Assembly (NCBI RefSeq): GCF_009914755.1
Contig: NC_060936.1
Reading direction: 5' to 3' (one strand)
Length of the DNA: 64,000 bases
Source: the human T2T-CHM13v2.0 reference genome, Homo sapiens
Shown here: piece after piece, positions 1 to 12,000 of the stretch
Layout of the letters: each line of letters opens with the position of its first letter
Position numbering within the stretch: position 1 is the first letter of the stretch
Notes under the pieces: generated by a model
What the model saw: only the letters and a program-made list of their open reading frames with translations
Database searches by the model: none
What the model was told of the DNA's origin: nothing
Made by a program: the position numbers and the translations under genes

Positions 1-900
1 TAATAGGAAGGTAAACAAATGACAAAAGCAATAAGAAAACATAGTTATTGGTATCACACAAATAGTCTTCTACCTGATATAATAGAGAGCACGGGTTCTT
101 GCATAGTTTTGAACATAGGAACAGACCATAGAGCAACAAAATCCTGGAAAGAAACCACCTGCCTGAGAGCTATTAAAGGGACTACCAAGAAAGACCAGGA
201 CATGAATCAAACAAGGCTGCTTAAACTAGGCTGTGCATTAAAACTATTCTCTGCACTGTGGTAACATGTCAACATAAGGAAGAACTTTGGCAAAAAATCA
301 GGTTGGTGACATAATAAGACCAATGGGATGGAGCAGCTGGATAGGATAAAACACAGGGAAAGAGGTGTTTTTTGTGTATTGGTTTTTGGTTTTTGGTTTT
401 TTTGTAAACACATATACATCCAAGCCTGTATACTTGAGAACTTACTGGGTAAGGCAGACAAGTTGCTTTTTCTACTGACGCTAGTCAAACGAGTTTAGGA
501 ATTAATCAGAATTACATATCCACATTGTCCCTTCCATCTGTGAGTCAACATCCCTGCAGAAACCGCACCATGAATTGAGAAGCATACAGTCTGCAGCCTG
601 GATGACTTACCCATGAGATTTGGGTAGAATAAATAGTAAAGGCCTTTGAAATGCCTTTGCTGATGCCAAACATGAAATGTTGTCAGTCCACCTGAAGTTC
701 AAAGAGTGGCAGGAGCCACCTGATGGATTACACAAATTACATTAGACCTTTTTAGGTAAGTGGTTGGAGAGTTAGATGAACCAACACTTCTTTTCTGATT
801 TTTTTTTATTAAAAGACACCACAGTGGTACAAGAGAGGATGGCCTTTGGGAAGTGTATTGCCTTGAGCTATGCTTTGAATTATTTTTTTTCAATGAGAAT
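1..900 (+). mobile_element. Possible very old RTE-clade (L4-like) LINE reverse-transcriptase fossil
   Basis: Broken translations fall in RT-like order: LKLGCALKLFS (cf. KQGCVLAPxLF), ENLLGKADKLL (cf. LLYADD), SLDD...RI...KAFEM (cf. SLDxEIxxRIxKAxxAF). Similarity is weak. Confidence 0.3.
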
Positions 901-1377
901 GTCTTTTTTCTCAAACTGGATTGTATGTTGCTTATGTTTCTCTGTTATCAACCTCCCATCTCCAGCATTTAGCTTTCCTTGATGGCTTTTAGCAAGGCGC
1001 TGCTCAGAGAAAAGAATAAAACTATAAAGAGTCACAGAGGACATTTTTAAGATTTGAAAGAAAACCCACAGAAAATAAAAAATTTTAATTTTTTTATTTT
1101 CTTTTTTCTAAAGGAGTGTGTAAATTGCTGGCATGTTTATGGATTATAACTCCATTTTTGTGGTTGTTTTTAACATCATGAATCAGAAAGTGAAAAAATA
1201 TGAGCAATATTCAAAAAGCAGTAGGAATATCTTAATGCCACTGAAGGCCCAGCAGAAATTAAAACTCGTTTATCAGAATATAAGAGTTACAGAAATTGTA
1301 AATCATGAGAAGATACACAGATGTTACTTTGAACTTCAAGCCATCAATTGGCTCACAGGCCTGCCACAGTCTACTGA

Positions 1378-1890
1378 TGTATGGTCAGAGTTCTTGGTTG
1401 CAAATAACAGAATATATTTTGGCTAGTTTAAGCAGAATAGGAATGTATTAAAAGAAGCCAGGTAGCTCATGGAATCTGAGGGCCAAGGAGCCAGAAACTG
1501 AAGCCATTTAGCCAGGAAACCAAGCCATCCCATTGGATTCTCTAGTGAAATGTCACTACCACCACCATTCAGCATCAATCCTCCTTGGGACTAGACGCCA
1601 GAAACTCTTCTGCCAATGCCCCAGATGAAGTGGACACCATTGCCCCCGCCATGCCCAGAAGACTGACTCTCCCTTAAGTAGGGCAAACTCCCACATGTGA
1701 CGACATTTTTATCCTCTGAATCAAGTCTTATATGGGTGGTCCCAACTGGCAGAACCTAAGCCACACACCTGCATCCCAGGTACAAGGGAGTCCAGAGATG
1801 TGTTTTTGCCCTGAATATGTCCTTGAAAAGGACATATAAAGTTAGAAACTTTCACACTGTATAGAGAAATGTTCAAACATAGCAGGCAGC
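1378..1890 (-). mobile_element. Old MaLR LTR (MLT1K/L-like)
   Basis: Starts tgtatggtcagagttcttggttgcaaataacagaa; later motif ggcagaacctaagccacacacctgcatccc is typical of old MLT1. Confidence 0.6.
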
Positions 1891-2127
1891 CACAAATGAC
1901 AAAAACCCTCTATGAATTCCAATCTATCTTTTTTAATCCGTATTTCTTCTGTCCAAACCTTCCCTTCCAGGCATCCTGATCTCTTTATTATTTCTTTTAC
2001 ATCCTACTTCCCATCTTTACAATATGAGGTTTATTTAAATAACGTACTCAAGATCACACAACTACTAAGAAATAAAAATCTGGATCTGAACCTAAATCCC
2101 TTCTGAAATCCAGATTCTGCATTTAGT

Positions 2128-2504
2128 TGATATGGTGAGGCTTTGTGTCCCAGCCAAATCTCACCTTGAATTGTAATCCCCGTAACCCCCCATGTCAAGG
2201 GAGAGACCAGGTGGAGGTGATTGAATCATGGGGGTGTTTTCCCTCATGCTGTTCTCATGATAGTGAGTGAGTTCTTATGAGATCTGATGGTTTCATAAGG
2301 AGTTCTTCCCCTTTTGCTTGGCACTTCTCCTTTCTGCCACCTTGTAAAGAAGGTGCCTTGCTTTCTCTTCATCTTCTGCCATGATTGCAAGTTTCCTGAG
2401 GTCTTGCCAGCCATGCAGAACTGTGAATCAATTAAACCATTTACCTTTATAAATCACCCAATCTCGAGCAGTTCTTTATAGCAGTATGAAAATGGAAGAA
2501 TATA
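2128..2504 (+). mobile_element. THE1/MST-family solo LTR (THE1D-like)
   Basis: Starts tgatatgg...ccaaatctcaccttgaattgtaatcccc; ATTAAA near 3' end; 5-bp TSD TTAGT on both sides. Confidence 0.92.
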
Positions 2505-3605
2505 TTAGTCATGTGTTGAGAGTTGATTTAAAGTCTACACTTCATACTATGTCCCAAAGCACCAAGTTCACCTTACTAGATACTTAGTACCATGTACTAA
2601 GCAGACAGTAATTTAATTCATCTCAATAGATATGTTTTTACTGCCTGGAATGGAATCTTGGTTCAGCACCTAGAAATTATATAATATTGGACAAATTACT
2701 TAACCCTCTAGGTCTATTTCCTCATCCACAGAATAGAATGGTGTACTTCTCATCTAGTTAATGTGATGACATTTTTGGAAAGGGGGCACAAACCTGGACT
2801 ACAATAAGCAAACAATAAATATCAGGCCCATACAGAAAAAAACATAAGAACATGGCCTTGTGCTTTAATGGAGAAAGAGGCTGCCTATCCATGTCATTTT
2901 CATGGTCCTAGGAAGCCCCTCACCCCTCCATCTACCCCTCCAACCCATTTCCAGACACAAATTCCTCCCAGCCACCCACATACATCTCCCCACAGATGAC
3001 TGGAGTCAGGAAATTCCAGAAACCAGCCATGAGGAATGAGGCTGAAAAGGTCATGGATCTGAATAACCCATGTTGAGATGGAAGTGGTGGTTGTGAGGGC
3101 TCATCCTGAGAGCAAGTTTACAGAAAGAGGAGGGAAGAAGACAAAGGACATTGGACTCTGATGATGGAACGAGATGGGCACCACAGGGAGATGTCTGGAT
3201 GCAAACAGGGATGAGGCAAATGCTGGAGCGGCCACAGGCATTCCTCAAAGTGACAAAGAAGTCCCACTTGACTAACGTGGAGGGTGAGCAGTGAATATGA
3301 ATGATCCACAAGACTCAGAATAGGTGGTCATAGAAGAGGGAAAGCCATGATGTATGGTGTGCCTGTACCCCTTATAAGGGAACAAACTACCCACAACTCC
3401 TGGGCACATGTAGTCCCAGGCGAGGACATTAGGAGAGAGTGGTGATGGGGCAATTTCATTCTATTGGGACCCCAGGGGCAGAGTGTTGAGATCATCAGCC
3501 TGGCCTGTGAAATACCTCCTGTGTGTTCCCTCTGTTTACCTAAATGTAACCTTATAATATACACTCCTCCCAGAATATCTATTTTTTATTATTTTAAAAA
3601 ATAAA

Positions 3606-3723
3606 AGTCAAGTGCAGTGGCTCATGCCTGTAATCCCAGAACTTTGAGAGTCCCAAGTCAGAGGATGGCTTGAGGCCAGAAGTTTGAGACCAGCCTGGGC
3701 AACATAATAAGACCTCTGCCCCT

Positions 3724-3755
<32 letters not shown>

Positions 3756-3905
3756 ATCTTTTTAAAATTAGTTGTTGGGGATTGAGGAAGGAGTATAACC
3801 GAAGCCCAGGAACTCACAACTGCAGTGAGCTATGATCACATCACTGCACTCCAGCCCAGTTGACAGTCAGACTCTGTCTCAAAAACATAATGAAAAAAAA
3901 AATAA
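3606..3905 (+). mobile_element. AluJ with (AAC)n in the middle A-tract and a short deletion at the start of the right arm
   Basis: gtggctcatgcctgtaatcccag; J-type gcagtgagctatgatc; (AAC)~10 at 3724-3755. Confidence 0.9.
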
Positions 3906-4328
3906 AACTAACAAAAACTTAACTGAAATAATGGCCTGAGCCAGAAGCTATTAAGGAAAAAAATGGAACTGTGAAGACTTCATGGGCATGCCCAGTCCAG
4001 ACACTCATCTGTCTCTCTCTTGTGTGAATGTCCTGCCTCCCTGTTACTACATGATGGACTCCTATTCATACTTCAAGACCCAAATTAATTATTTATTGCC
4101 TTCATTGTGAAGCCTTCCCCCAAAACTCCAGAAGGAATTAGTCATTCCCTTCCAAGTTGTGAGAGGCTTTTATGCTGACATCTACTATAGTGCTTGTCTC
4201 CCTCCTAGACAGTAAACACCTTTATTTTGCCATGTCATCATGCTCTATGTACTATAGGTTGTAGGATATGGCATGCACTGTGCTGCATTAAACTTTTCAG
4301 CTCCAGCAGCTAACGCAACGTATGGCAC

Positions 4329-5120
4329 TGTGGAAATAATTAATTCAGGGACCATTAGTCTGAGATGGCTCCAGCACCTTGAGTTCCAACTAAAACTGAA
4401 CCCAGAGTGGAATAGTCATAGCCTAGGAAAACAAAACAAACTTAACCAATCATTGCATCACTATTCACAGCAGCAAAGACATGGAATCAATCCAAATGGC
4501 CATGAATGATAGACTGGATTAAGAGGTGCCATCGAATACTATGCAGCCATTTAAAAAAGCGAGATCATGTCCTTTGCAGGAACATGGATGGAGCTTGAAG
4601 CCATTATCCTCAGCAAACTACCACAGGAACAGAAAACCAAACACCACATGTTCTCACTTATAAGTGGGAGCTGAACAAGGAGAATACATGGACATAGGGA
4701 GGTGAACAACACACACTGGGGCCTGTTGGGGTGAGTGGTGGGAGGGAGAGCATCAGAATAAATAGCTAATGCATGTGGGGCTTAATACCTAGGTGATGGG
4801 TTGATAGGTGCAGCAAACCACCATGGCTCATGTTTACCTATGTAACAAACCTGCACATCCTGCACATGTATCCTAGAACTTAAAATTTAATTTAATTTTT
4901 AAAAAAGAGAAACTACCCACTAACCTCTAACTAGGGACTTTCTACTTTAGTCAATGAAATATCGTCTTTGTCTTGCTTCCACTAACACCTCATAAACATT
5001 TTCCCCTCTCCCACTCAGTGGAGCCCCAACCAGTTGCAGTTTGGTGCTGCCTGATTTATGAATTGCTGTCTGCTCAAATAAACTCTAAAATTTAAATGTG
5101 CTTAAGTCGATATATTAACA
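4329..5120 (+). mobile_element. ERV1 (MER4-group, MER93-like) solo LTR split by an L1 insertion
   Basis: TG...CA termini, 4-bp TSD GCAC, AATAAA near 5077; LTR sequence resumes after the L1 tail. Confidence 0.7.
4452..4908 (+). mobile_element. 5'-truncated L1PA 3' end (roughly L1PA8-11)
   Basis: End of ORF2 plus 3'UTR (catgttctcacttataagtgggagctgaac...tgtaacaaacctgcacatcctgcacatgtatcctagaacttaaa) and A-rich tail. Confidence 0.92.
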
Positions 5121-5169
5121 GCACAGAGTGGTGCTCAAAAGACATTAATGGATAACCAGACCTGATCCT

Positions 5170-6040
5170 TAATTCTGTCTCCCCTCAGTTGTGCTGTCTC
5201 CTGGTTGGCACCTTTTGTGCACCTCATGTTCCCTTGGCTGGTGATATGGTTTGGCTGTGTCCCCACCCAAATCTCACCTTGAATTGCAATAATCCCCACA
5301 TGTCAAGGGCAGGGTCAGGTGGAGATAATTGAATCATGGGGGCTGTTTCCCCCATACTTTTCTCATGGTAGTGAATAAGTCTCACGAGATCTGATGGCTA
5401 TATAAAGGGTTTCCCCTTTTGCTTGGCTCTCATTCTCTCTTGCCTGCCACCAGGTAAGGCATCGGTTGTTCTTCCTTTATCTTCCACCATGATTGTGAGG
5501 CCTCCCCAGCCATGTGGAACTGTGAGTCCATTAAAGCTCTTTCCTTTACAAATTACCCAGTCTTGGGTATGTCTTTATTAGCAACATGTGAATGGACTAA
5601 TACAGCTGGGCTTTTTGTCCCGGCCCTCTCTGTAACACCAGCTATGCCCGGGAGCCATTTGGCAACATTGCACCTCAACAGCACCCTCATCTCTCATGGC
5701 TCTCCAGCACAGCCCCAGCCAGCCATCCTGACACACGTGCAAACCTGGAAGGAAATGGGAGATAACATTCCATAGGGCACTCCTCGACCATTGGGATATG
5801 GGAGCTGATTTTTAGAATGCCCCCCTCTTTCATGTCTCAGGAGACTATTTCGAGGTATATTCTGCACAGCTCTTCAGAGAGTCACCAACAGGATTGTGTT
5901 CCTATTGCCCTCAACAGTAACCAGCTAATAACACACCCTTGGATGGGCTTTCACTCCCTGCACCTTGAAATTACTTCCCAAAATATATTGCCTGCAAACA
6001 AGTCCTCATCTCAGACTCTACTTAGATGCAAGTCCACAAT
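5170..6040 (+). mobile_element. LTR16-like ERVL LTR interrupted by THE1
   Basis: LTR16-type motifs such as cctgcaaacaagtcctcatctcagactct near the 3' end. Confidence 0.6.
5242..5604 (+). mobile_element. THE1 solo LTR
   Basis: tgatatggtttggctgtgtccccacccaaatctc ... ggactaataca; perfect TSD GCTGG. Confidence 0.95.
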
Positions 6041-6642
6041 GGTTTTGATGGCAGAAGAAATTACACAGGGGAGCCAAACTTCCACAGTCAGAGGCTACTC
6101 TGCTAGACTCAACAGGTCAGCCTGGAAACAAGTCCCATTGTTACAGGATTATGGAAGGAGACAGTGTCTAGCAGGCTCTGTGGCTAGTAAGCACAAACCT
6201 AGAAGTCCCAAGGAGGGAAAAACAATCCCAAGATTGAATGATGTCAGTCTGAAGAGCCATCTCTGTGCAGCAAGGCCATCTGCTACATCTAACTTAGCTT
6301 AATATCAATAGCTAAGATAAATGAGCCCTCTCTTTTAAAGATGCTCATCTATAGTTAGAATTTAATCCTTTTGGACCAGTAGGTCCCAGTCACTTGGCGG
6401 TCTATGGAGCTATTGTGGGAGCTCATAATAGTTTATATAATCACTGTACCTTGTCTGGAGAGGGAATAAATGTCTCATCATTTCTTTAGACAGCCTATGT
6501 GTATACATGCTGTTTCAATTCATCAAATAAAAACTCATTCTAAAAATGTTACTGATTTTTTATAGCTTTTGGCCATTATATGTCTTCTCTATCAATAATA
6601 GTATCCTCGTTTAAAGGGTATCTGCAAATTACATTAACATTA

Positions 6643-6957
6643 GAAAGGGATCCTCATATTCCAAAAGTTTTATAACACCTGTTTTAAGTGATATTAAAAT
6701 AAAACAATGCTGTAGTTGCTTAATGATAGCTTCTAAACATCAAATGTCTCTATATATGTATATATAGTGTTCATGTATACAGTATATATATACAGTTCAT
6801 ATATACATATATATACTCTATATATGTATATATATGTAGTGTCTATATATAGACACTCGGTGTTTAGAAGCTATCATTAAGCAATTACAGCATTGTTTTA
6901 TTTTCATATCACTTAAAACAGGTGTTGTAGAGCTTTTGGAATATGAGGATCACTTTC
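6643..6957. repeat. Long inverted repeat: 114-bp arms around a TA-rich spacer
   Basis: 6643-6756 is the reverse complement of 6844-6957 with about 10 mismatches and no gaps. Confidence 0.97.
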
Positions 6958-8154
6958 ATATATATATATATATCTTAAACCTTTCAACAACCCCATAAAA
7001 GAGGTATTATTAGTTCCCCTTTAAAAGTAAGAAAACAGATTCAGAATGTGTAGGGAACTTGCCCAAGACCATAGAGATAAGTGTTGGAGCTAAGATCAGG
7101 ATGGAGGCCTGTGAGCCCTTCCTGTCGCCATCATTCACTCACTGAATAGGCATGTTGGGGACATGTGGGGACATGCCAAGTGCTGTACACTTTGGGTAAA
7201 GCATAGTCATTATCCAACCCTTGCTCCTGGAAAAATTTCCCTTCTGACAGTTTAATTCAATTCTTCTCCTTGCTCAGCTTAAGTGGGTTTAAGGTGTAAC
7301 AGAATCTGACCTTCTTTAGCTTCTTTTCACAGCCCCTAAGATGCATTCTGCCTATCCTTTTGCAAGGATTTCTTGCTCTTTTATCACCTGTTTGTTCTCT
7401 GGCCTCTAGTTCACCTACAAAGAAAGATTAAAGGGGAGACAAGCTCAGTTATTTGAGTCTTTCCAGCTGCCCCAATTTCATCCTTCTGCCAGGGAAGAGA
7501 GCTTGGTCCTATAAGGAGGAATCAAAGAGTTGGCAAGAACAGATTCCCATCGTTTCCAGCCACGCTGCCTTGAGGCACACAGAGGTGGCAAAAAAAAGGG
7601 CCTGGTCAGGTTTTCTGTGTGTGTCCTTTGTGTTCCAAAACCAGAGAGACCTGCTTCCCAAGCCTCCACGTGCCTTCTCCATTAGCACCAAGCACAGCTA
7701 AACCCTGGGCAAGTCCTCCCTCTAAAATATCACCAGGGAACAAACGCAGCAACCTTGTCATTTATCAGAATGATGATCAGCCCAGCAACACAGTCAGGCT
7801 GGACCAAATCAACTTCAAGTTATTTGAAATGTGTAATCCATTAAGTAAACTGATCTGTCACAATGCCCTGGGTCATTCCCTGGCAAGGTAGCCCATGATG
7901 AATAGCTGCTAAGGGGCAGAACATAGGTAGTTTTCTGAGGTCCATCAACAGATTGACTGCACATAAGTGCCAAGACAGTTACAGGACACCTCCAGGAAGC
8001 ACTTTCAGGCATGCCTGTGATATCACAGTGACAAGAAAAGTTCAGCATCACAGGACCTGCAGCTGGTTTTGATCAGAGTTATCTTCTCCTGACTCCAAGC
8101 AATGTTGTCACAAAACATGGCTGGCCCAACTAAATTGGAAGTTGTTCTTTTTAG

Positions 8155-8529
<375 letters not shown>

Positions 8530-8946
8530 TGAAATTCTGGAATCTTAAAGAAGCTGAGTGACAAATGCATTGTGACACCATAATTTAGCTCCTTTAGGAA
8601 TCCATCTCAATGAATGCAAAGATTTGGCTACAGGTTGTTTCATAGAGTGTTATTTGTGGATGATGTGATGTTGATGATGGTGATGATGGATCAAGCTTGG
8701 CACTGATCCAAGCACTTCATGTATAATATTAACCCAAGTTATCATCATAGCAACCCCTGAGGTAAAATATTATTATTAACAGTATTATTATAATTAATTG
8801 TAGTAACCCCATTAGCAAAATATTATAAGTATCAATATTATTATAATTAAAGTAGTATTATTACAATTTTACAAATGAGAAAACTGACACCTACAGCAGT
8901 CAAATAATTTTGTCAATATGATGCATCCAGTAAAAACAATCTGCCA

Positions 8947-9246
8947 GGCCAGGCGCGGTGGCTCACGCCTGTAATCCCAGCACTTTGAGAGGCCAAGGCA
9001 GATGAATCACAAGGTCAGGAATTCAAGACCAGCCTGGCCAACAAGGTGAAACCCCATCTCTACTAAAAATACAAAAATTAGCTGGGCGTGGTGGTGGGCA
9101 CCTGTAATCCCAGCTACTTGGAGGCTGAGGCAGGAGAATTGCTTGAAACCGAAGGCGGAGGTTGCAGTGAGCCAAGATTGCACCACTGCACTCCAGCCTG
9201 GGCAAAAGAGTGAAGTTCTGTCTCAAAAAAAACAAAACAAAACAAA
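8947..9246 (+). mobile_element. AluS (Sg/Sc-like)
   Basis: ggccaggcgcggtggctcacgcc; 2-bp deletion form (atcacaaggtc); TSD ~aatctgcc. Confidence 0.95.
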
Positions 9247-9774
9247 ATCTGCCTTCAGAGGCTGCTCTTTTAAGCATCTCTGCTAGTTGCAAGAAACCAA
9301 TCACCCACATGTGTTTTATCTTTCAACTATTCCGAGCTTTCAATTTTATTCCCTTTAATCCTCAAGAAAGAATGATAGGGAATCCTTAATAATATTTTTG
9401 TAATAAAATTACCACATTAACTTTGAGAAGAAATAATATAATCTTCAGGCAAATAAAGCATTATTTGCTTTTTCTAAGCATATTTAAGCTACTCTGGTTG
9501 TCAGAAACCAGAACTCAATTCTTAAAATCAATATGCACTATGGAAAGCCATGTGATTTGGCAAAGTTTCTATCATTGCACGAGTTGTCTGGTTTTAGTTG
9601 ATAGAGTGAAAAGAACAAAATGTAAACTAATGTAACTCAAGGGTTTGGGGTAAGTTTCAGCATATGTGTCGTTATTTCATTGTATCCCCAGGAGAACACT
9701 AGGAGGTGTATATGATTAGTCCCATTTGCAGAGATAGGAAAGAAAGGCTTAGAGAGGTTAAGTAATTTTCCCAA

Positions 9775-10103
9775 TACTATGGACTGAATTGTATCTCCCC
9801 AAAATTCATATGTTCAAGCCCTAACCCCCAATGTGACTATGTTTGAAGCAAGGAAATCATTAAGCACCAGAAAGCTCAATCCTGACATGCTCCCTCTCCA
9901 TGTGCACAGAAAAAGCCCATGTGAAGACACGGGGAAAAGAAAGCTGTTAACAAGGCAAGAAAAAGAGCCCTCAGCAAGAACTGAATCAGCTGGCATTTCA
10001 ATCTGGGACTGCTAGCCTCCACAGCTTTGAGAAAATAAATTTCTATTGTTGAAGCTTCCCAATGTACAGTATTTTGTTATGGCAGCCTGAGCAGACTAGT
10101 ACA
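9775..10103 (+). mobile_element. MLT1A-like LTR inserted in a MIR
   Basis: actatggactgaattg...ccaaaattcatatgtt; aataaa; ends gcagactagtaca; TSD cccaa/ctcaa. Confidence 0.85.
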
Positions 10104-10169
10104 CTCAAGATCACGCAGCTACCAAACAGTAGAACAGAACCAAAACTTGTGCTTTCTTCATTGCAACAG

Positions 10170-10812
10170 GCTGTCTGTATTTGGCGTTAGTGGTTCCCAT
10201 TCAACAGCAGCTACTTTTCTTCTTTCTTACTCAGAGAACCCAATTGACTTCTGGCAGCCTATGGGCTGGTCCTCTTCTTCTTGTCAGGGATTGGTTAAAT
10301 TTGGTATACGTTGTAATTTGGGCAACGAGATGGGAAGCAAGTCTGCTGAAAGGCTTCTGAGAAAGATTTCCTTACCAAAAAAATTTCAGAAAGAAATGGT
10401 TTCTTTTCTGCCACTGGACATGAACATGTCTGTGCTTGAGAGCTGGATCTGTGGCAGCCATCTTGTAAGCATGAGGGGGTTACTCTGAGGGAAAAATGCT
10501 AAAGACTACAGAATGACAAGATGGAAGGAATCTTGTCATTTGTCCCCTCCAAATCTCATGTTGAAATTTGATCCCTAATGTTGGCGGTGGGGCCTAATGG
10601 AAGGAGTTTGGGTCATGGAGATGGACCCCTCATGAATAGATTAGTGCCCACTAGGTGCTTGTCAACATTATAGAGCTTCTACAGAAACCAACTTGGAGTT
10701 TCCCTCATTCTGACATATTGTTGATGAGCTAATAAATCCTCTTATTGTTCATGCTATCATGAGTAGGTTTTTCTCTTCCTTTCTGGTACTTCCTGTTCCT
10801 TCCTTCCTGATA
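10170..10812 (+). mobile_element. Old MLT1(J/K)-like LTR carrying an internal MST-derived insert
   Basis: ggcagccatcttg, gatggaaggaatcttg|...|cttgtcaacattatagagc, aataaa at ~10731. Confidence 0.65.
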
Positions 10813-11579
10813 CAATCAGTATTTCAGGCCTACAAACACATAGCTATGCAGATGTCGCTGAAGGGACCATAAATTCCCAGTTAGGCTTGCAGCCTCTCCT
10901 CCACATCTCTCAGGGGGCCAGAACCTGAACCACCCATGGCTAGGATTTCACCCCTCCTCAAGAGAGACCACATGCCTTCACAATGTTAGAATTTGTTTAT
11001 GCTGATATGAAATCCAGTGTTTGTTATCAACTGCTCCTACTTCTACCCACTAAGCAAATATCATCTCTGTTCTTTAACTTTTAAATTTATACAATGAAGG
11101 CATGTCTGGACTGAGCTCTGGGTTTAGACAATGGGATAAGTAAAACGGGGTCCTTGCCCCATTAATTACTCATAATTTTCACAATAGCCATTCAGATTTT
11201 GAAGGCAGCTATCATATTTTCTATCCCCAAATTGTCAGCTCCCAAAAAATATAGACTTTAGTTATACTTCTTTTGCAATACTGGCTTACTATAGGCATGT
11301 AATAGATTTCATGGGATGAATGAATCAATGAATGAATGGTAGAAGAAATGGAACATTTAACAAATGCCAAACATAGGGATAGATATAGACATAGATATAG
11401 ATTCTGCTCATGAAAGAAGTCAGGAAGAGAAGATGAAGACATAGATATAAGAAAAAAATTGAGAAAGCAACAGACAAATTTCAATTAGGTCCAACCAGTG
11501 TCATATAGCTTACAAGTAGTACTTGAGCTGTGAATTGGCATGAAAGAGACTACAGTCAAGGGAAAATTCCTTTGCCTGA

Positions 11580-12000
11580 TGCTATAGTTGGATGTTTGTC
11601 CCTCTAAGTCTCATGTTGAAATTTGATCCCTAATGTTGGAGGTGGGGCCTATTGGGAGGATTTTGGTCATGGAGGGGGACCCCTCATGAATAGATTAGTG
11701 CCCACTCGGTGTGTGGTGAGGGAGTTCTAGCTCTGTTAGTTCTCCAGAGAGCTGGCTGTTAAAAAGAGCCAGGCAGCAACCCCTCCTCTCTCTTGCCTCC
11801 TCCCTCACCCTGTGCTCTCTCTGCATGCCAGCTCCCCTTCGCCTTCTGCCATGAATAGAAGCCACCTGAGGCCCTCACCAGATGCCCAATCTAGAACTTT
11901 TCCAGACATCAAAATCACGAGCCAAATAAATTTGAGTTTTTTTCCTTATAAAAATTACCCAGTTTCCAGTATTCCTTTATAGCAACACCAAATGAAGACA
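11580..12000 (+). mobile_element. MST-family solo LTR (MSTB/D-like)
   Basis: tgctatagttggatgtttgtccc...ctcatgttgaaatttgatccc; ends tatagcaacaccaaatgaagaca. Confidence 0.9.

Noticed and set aside
5817-6302. 161-aa ORF
   Set aside because: Begins inside an LTR16-like repeat, has no recognisable domain and no exon structure
6643-6957. Canonical pre-miRNA call
   Set aside because: Stem is far longer than a pre-miRNA with an 87-nt TA loop, and there is no expression evidence; kept only as an inverted repeat
8760-8870. AT-rich repeated tattattataattaa
   Set aside because: Low-complexity expansion within a MIR
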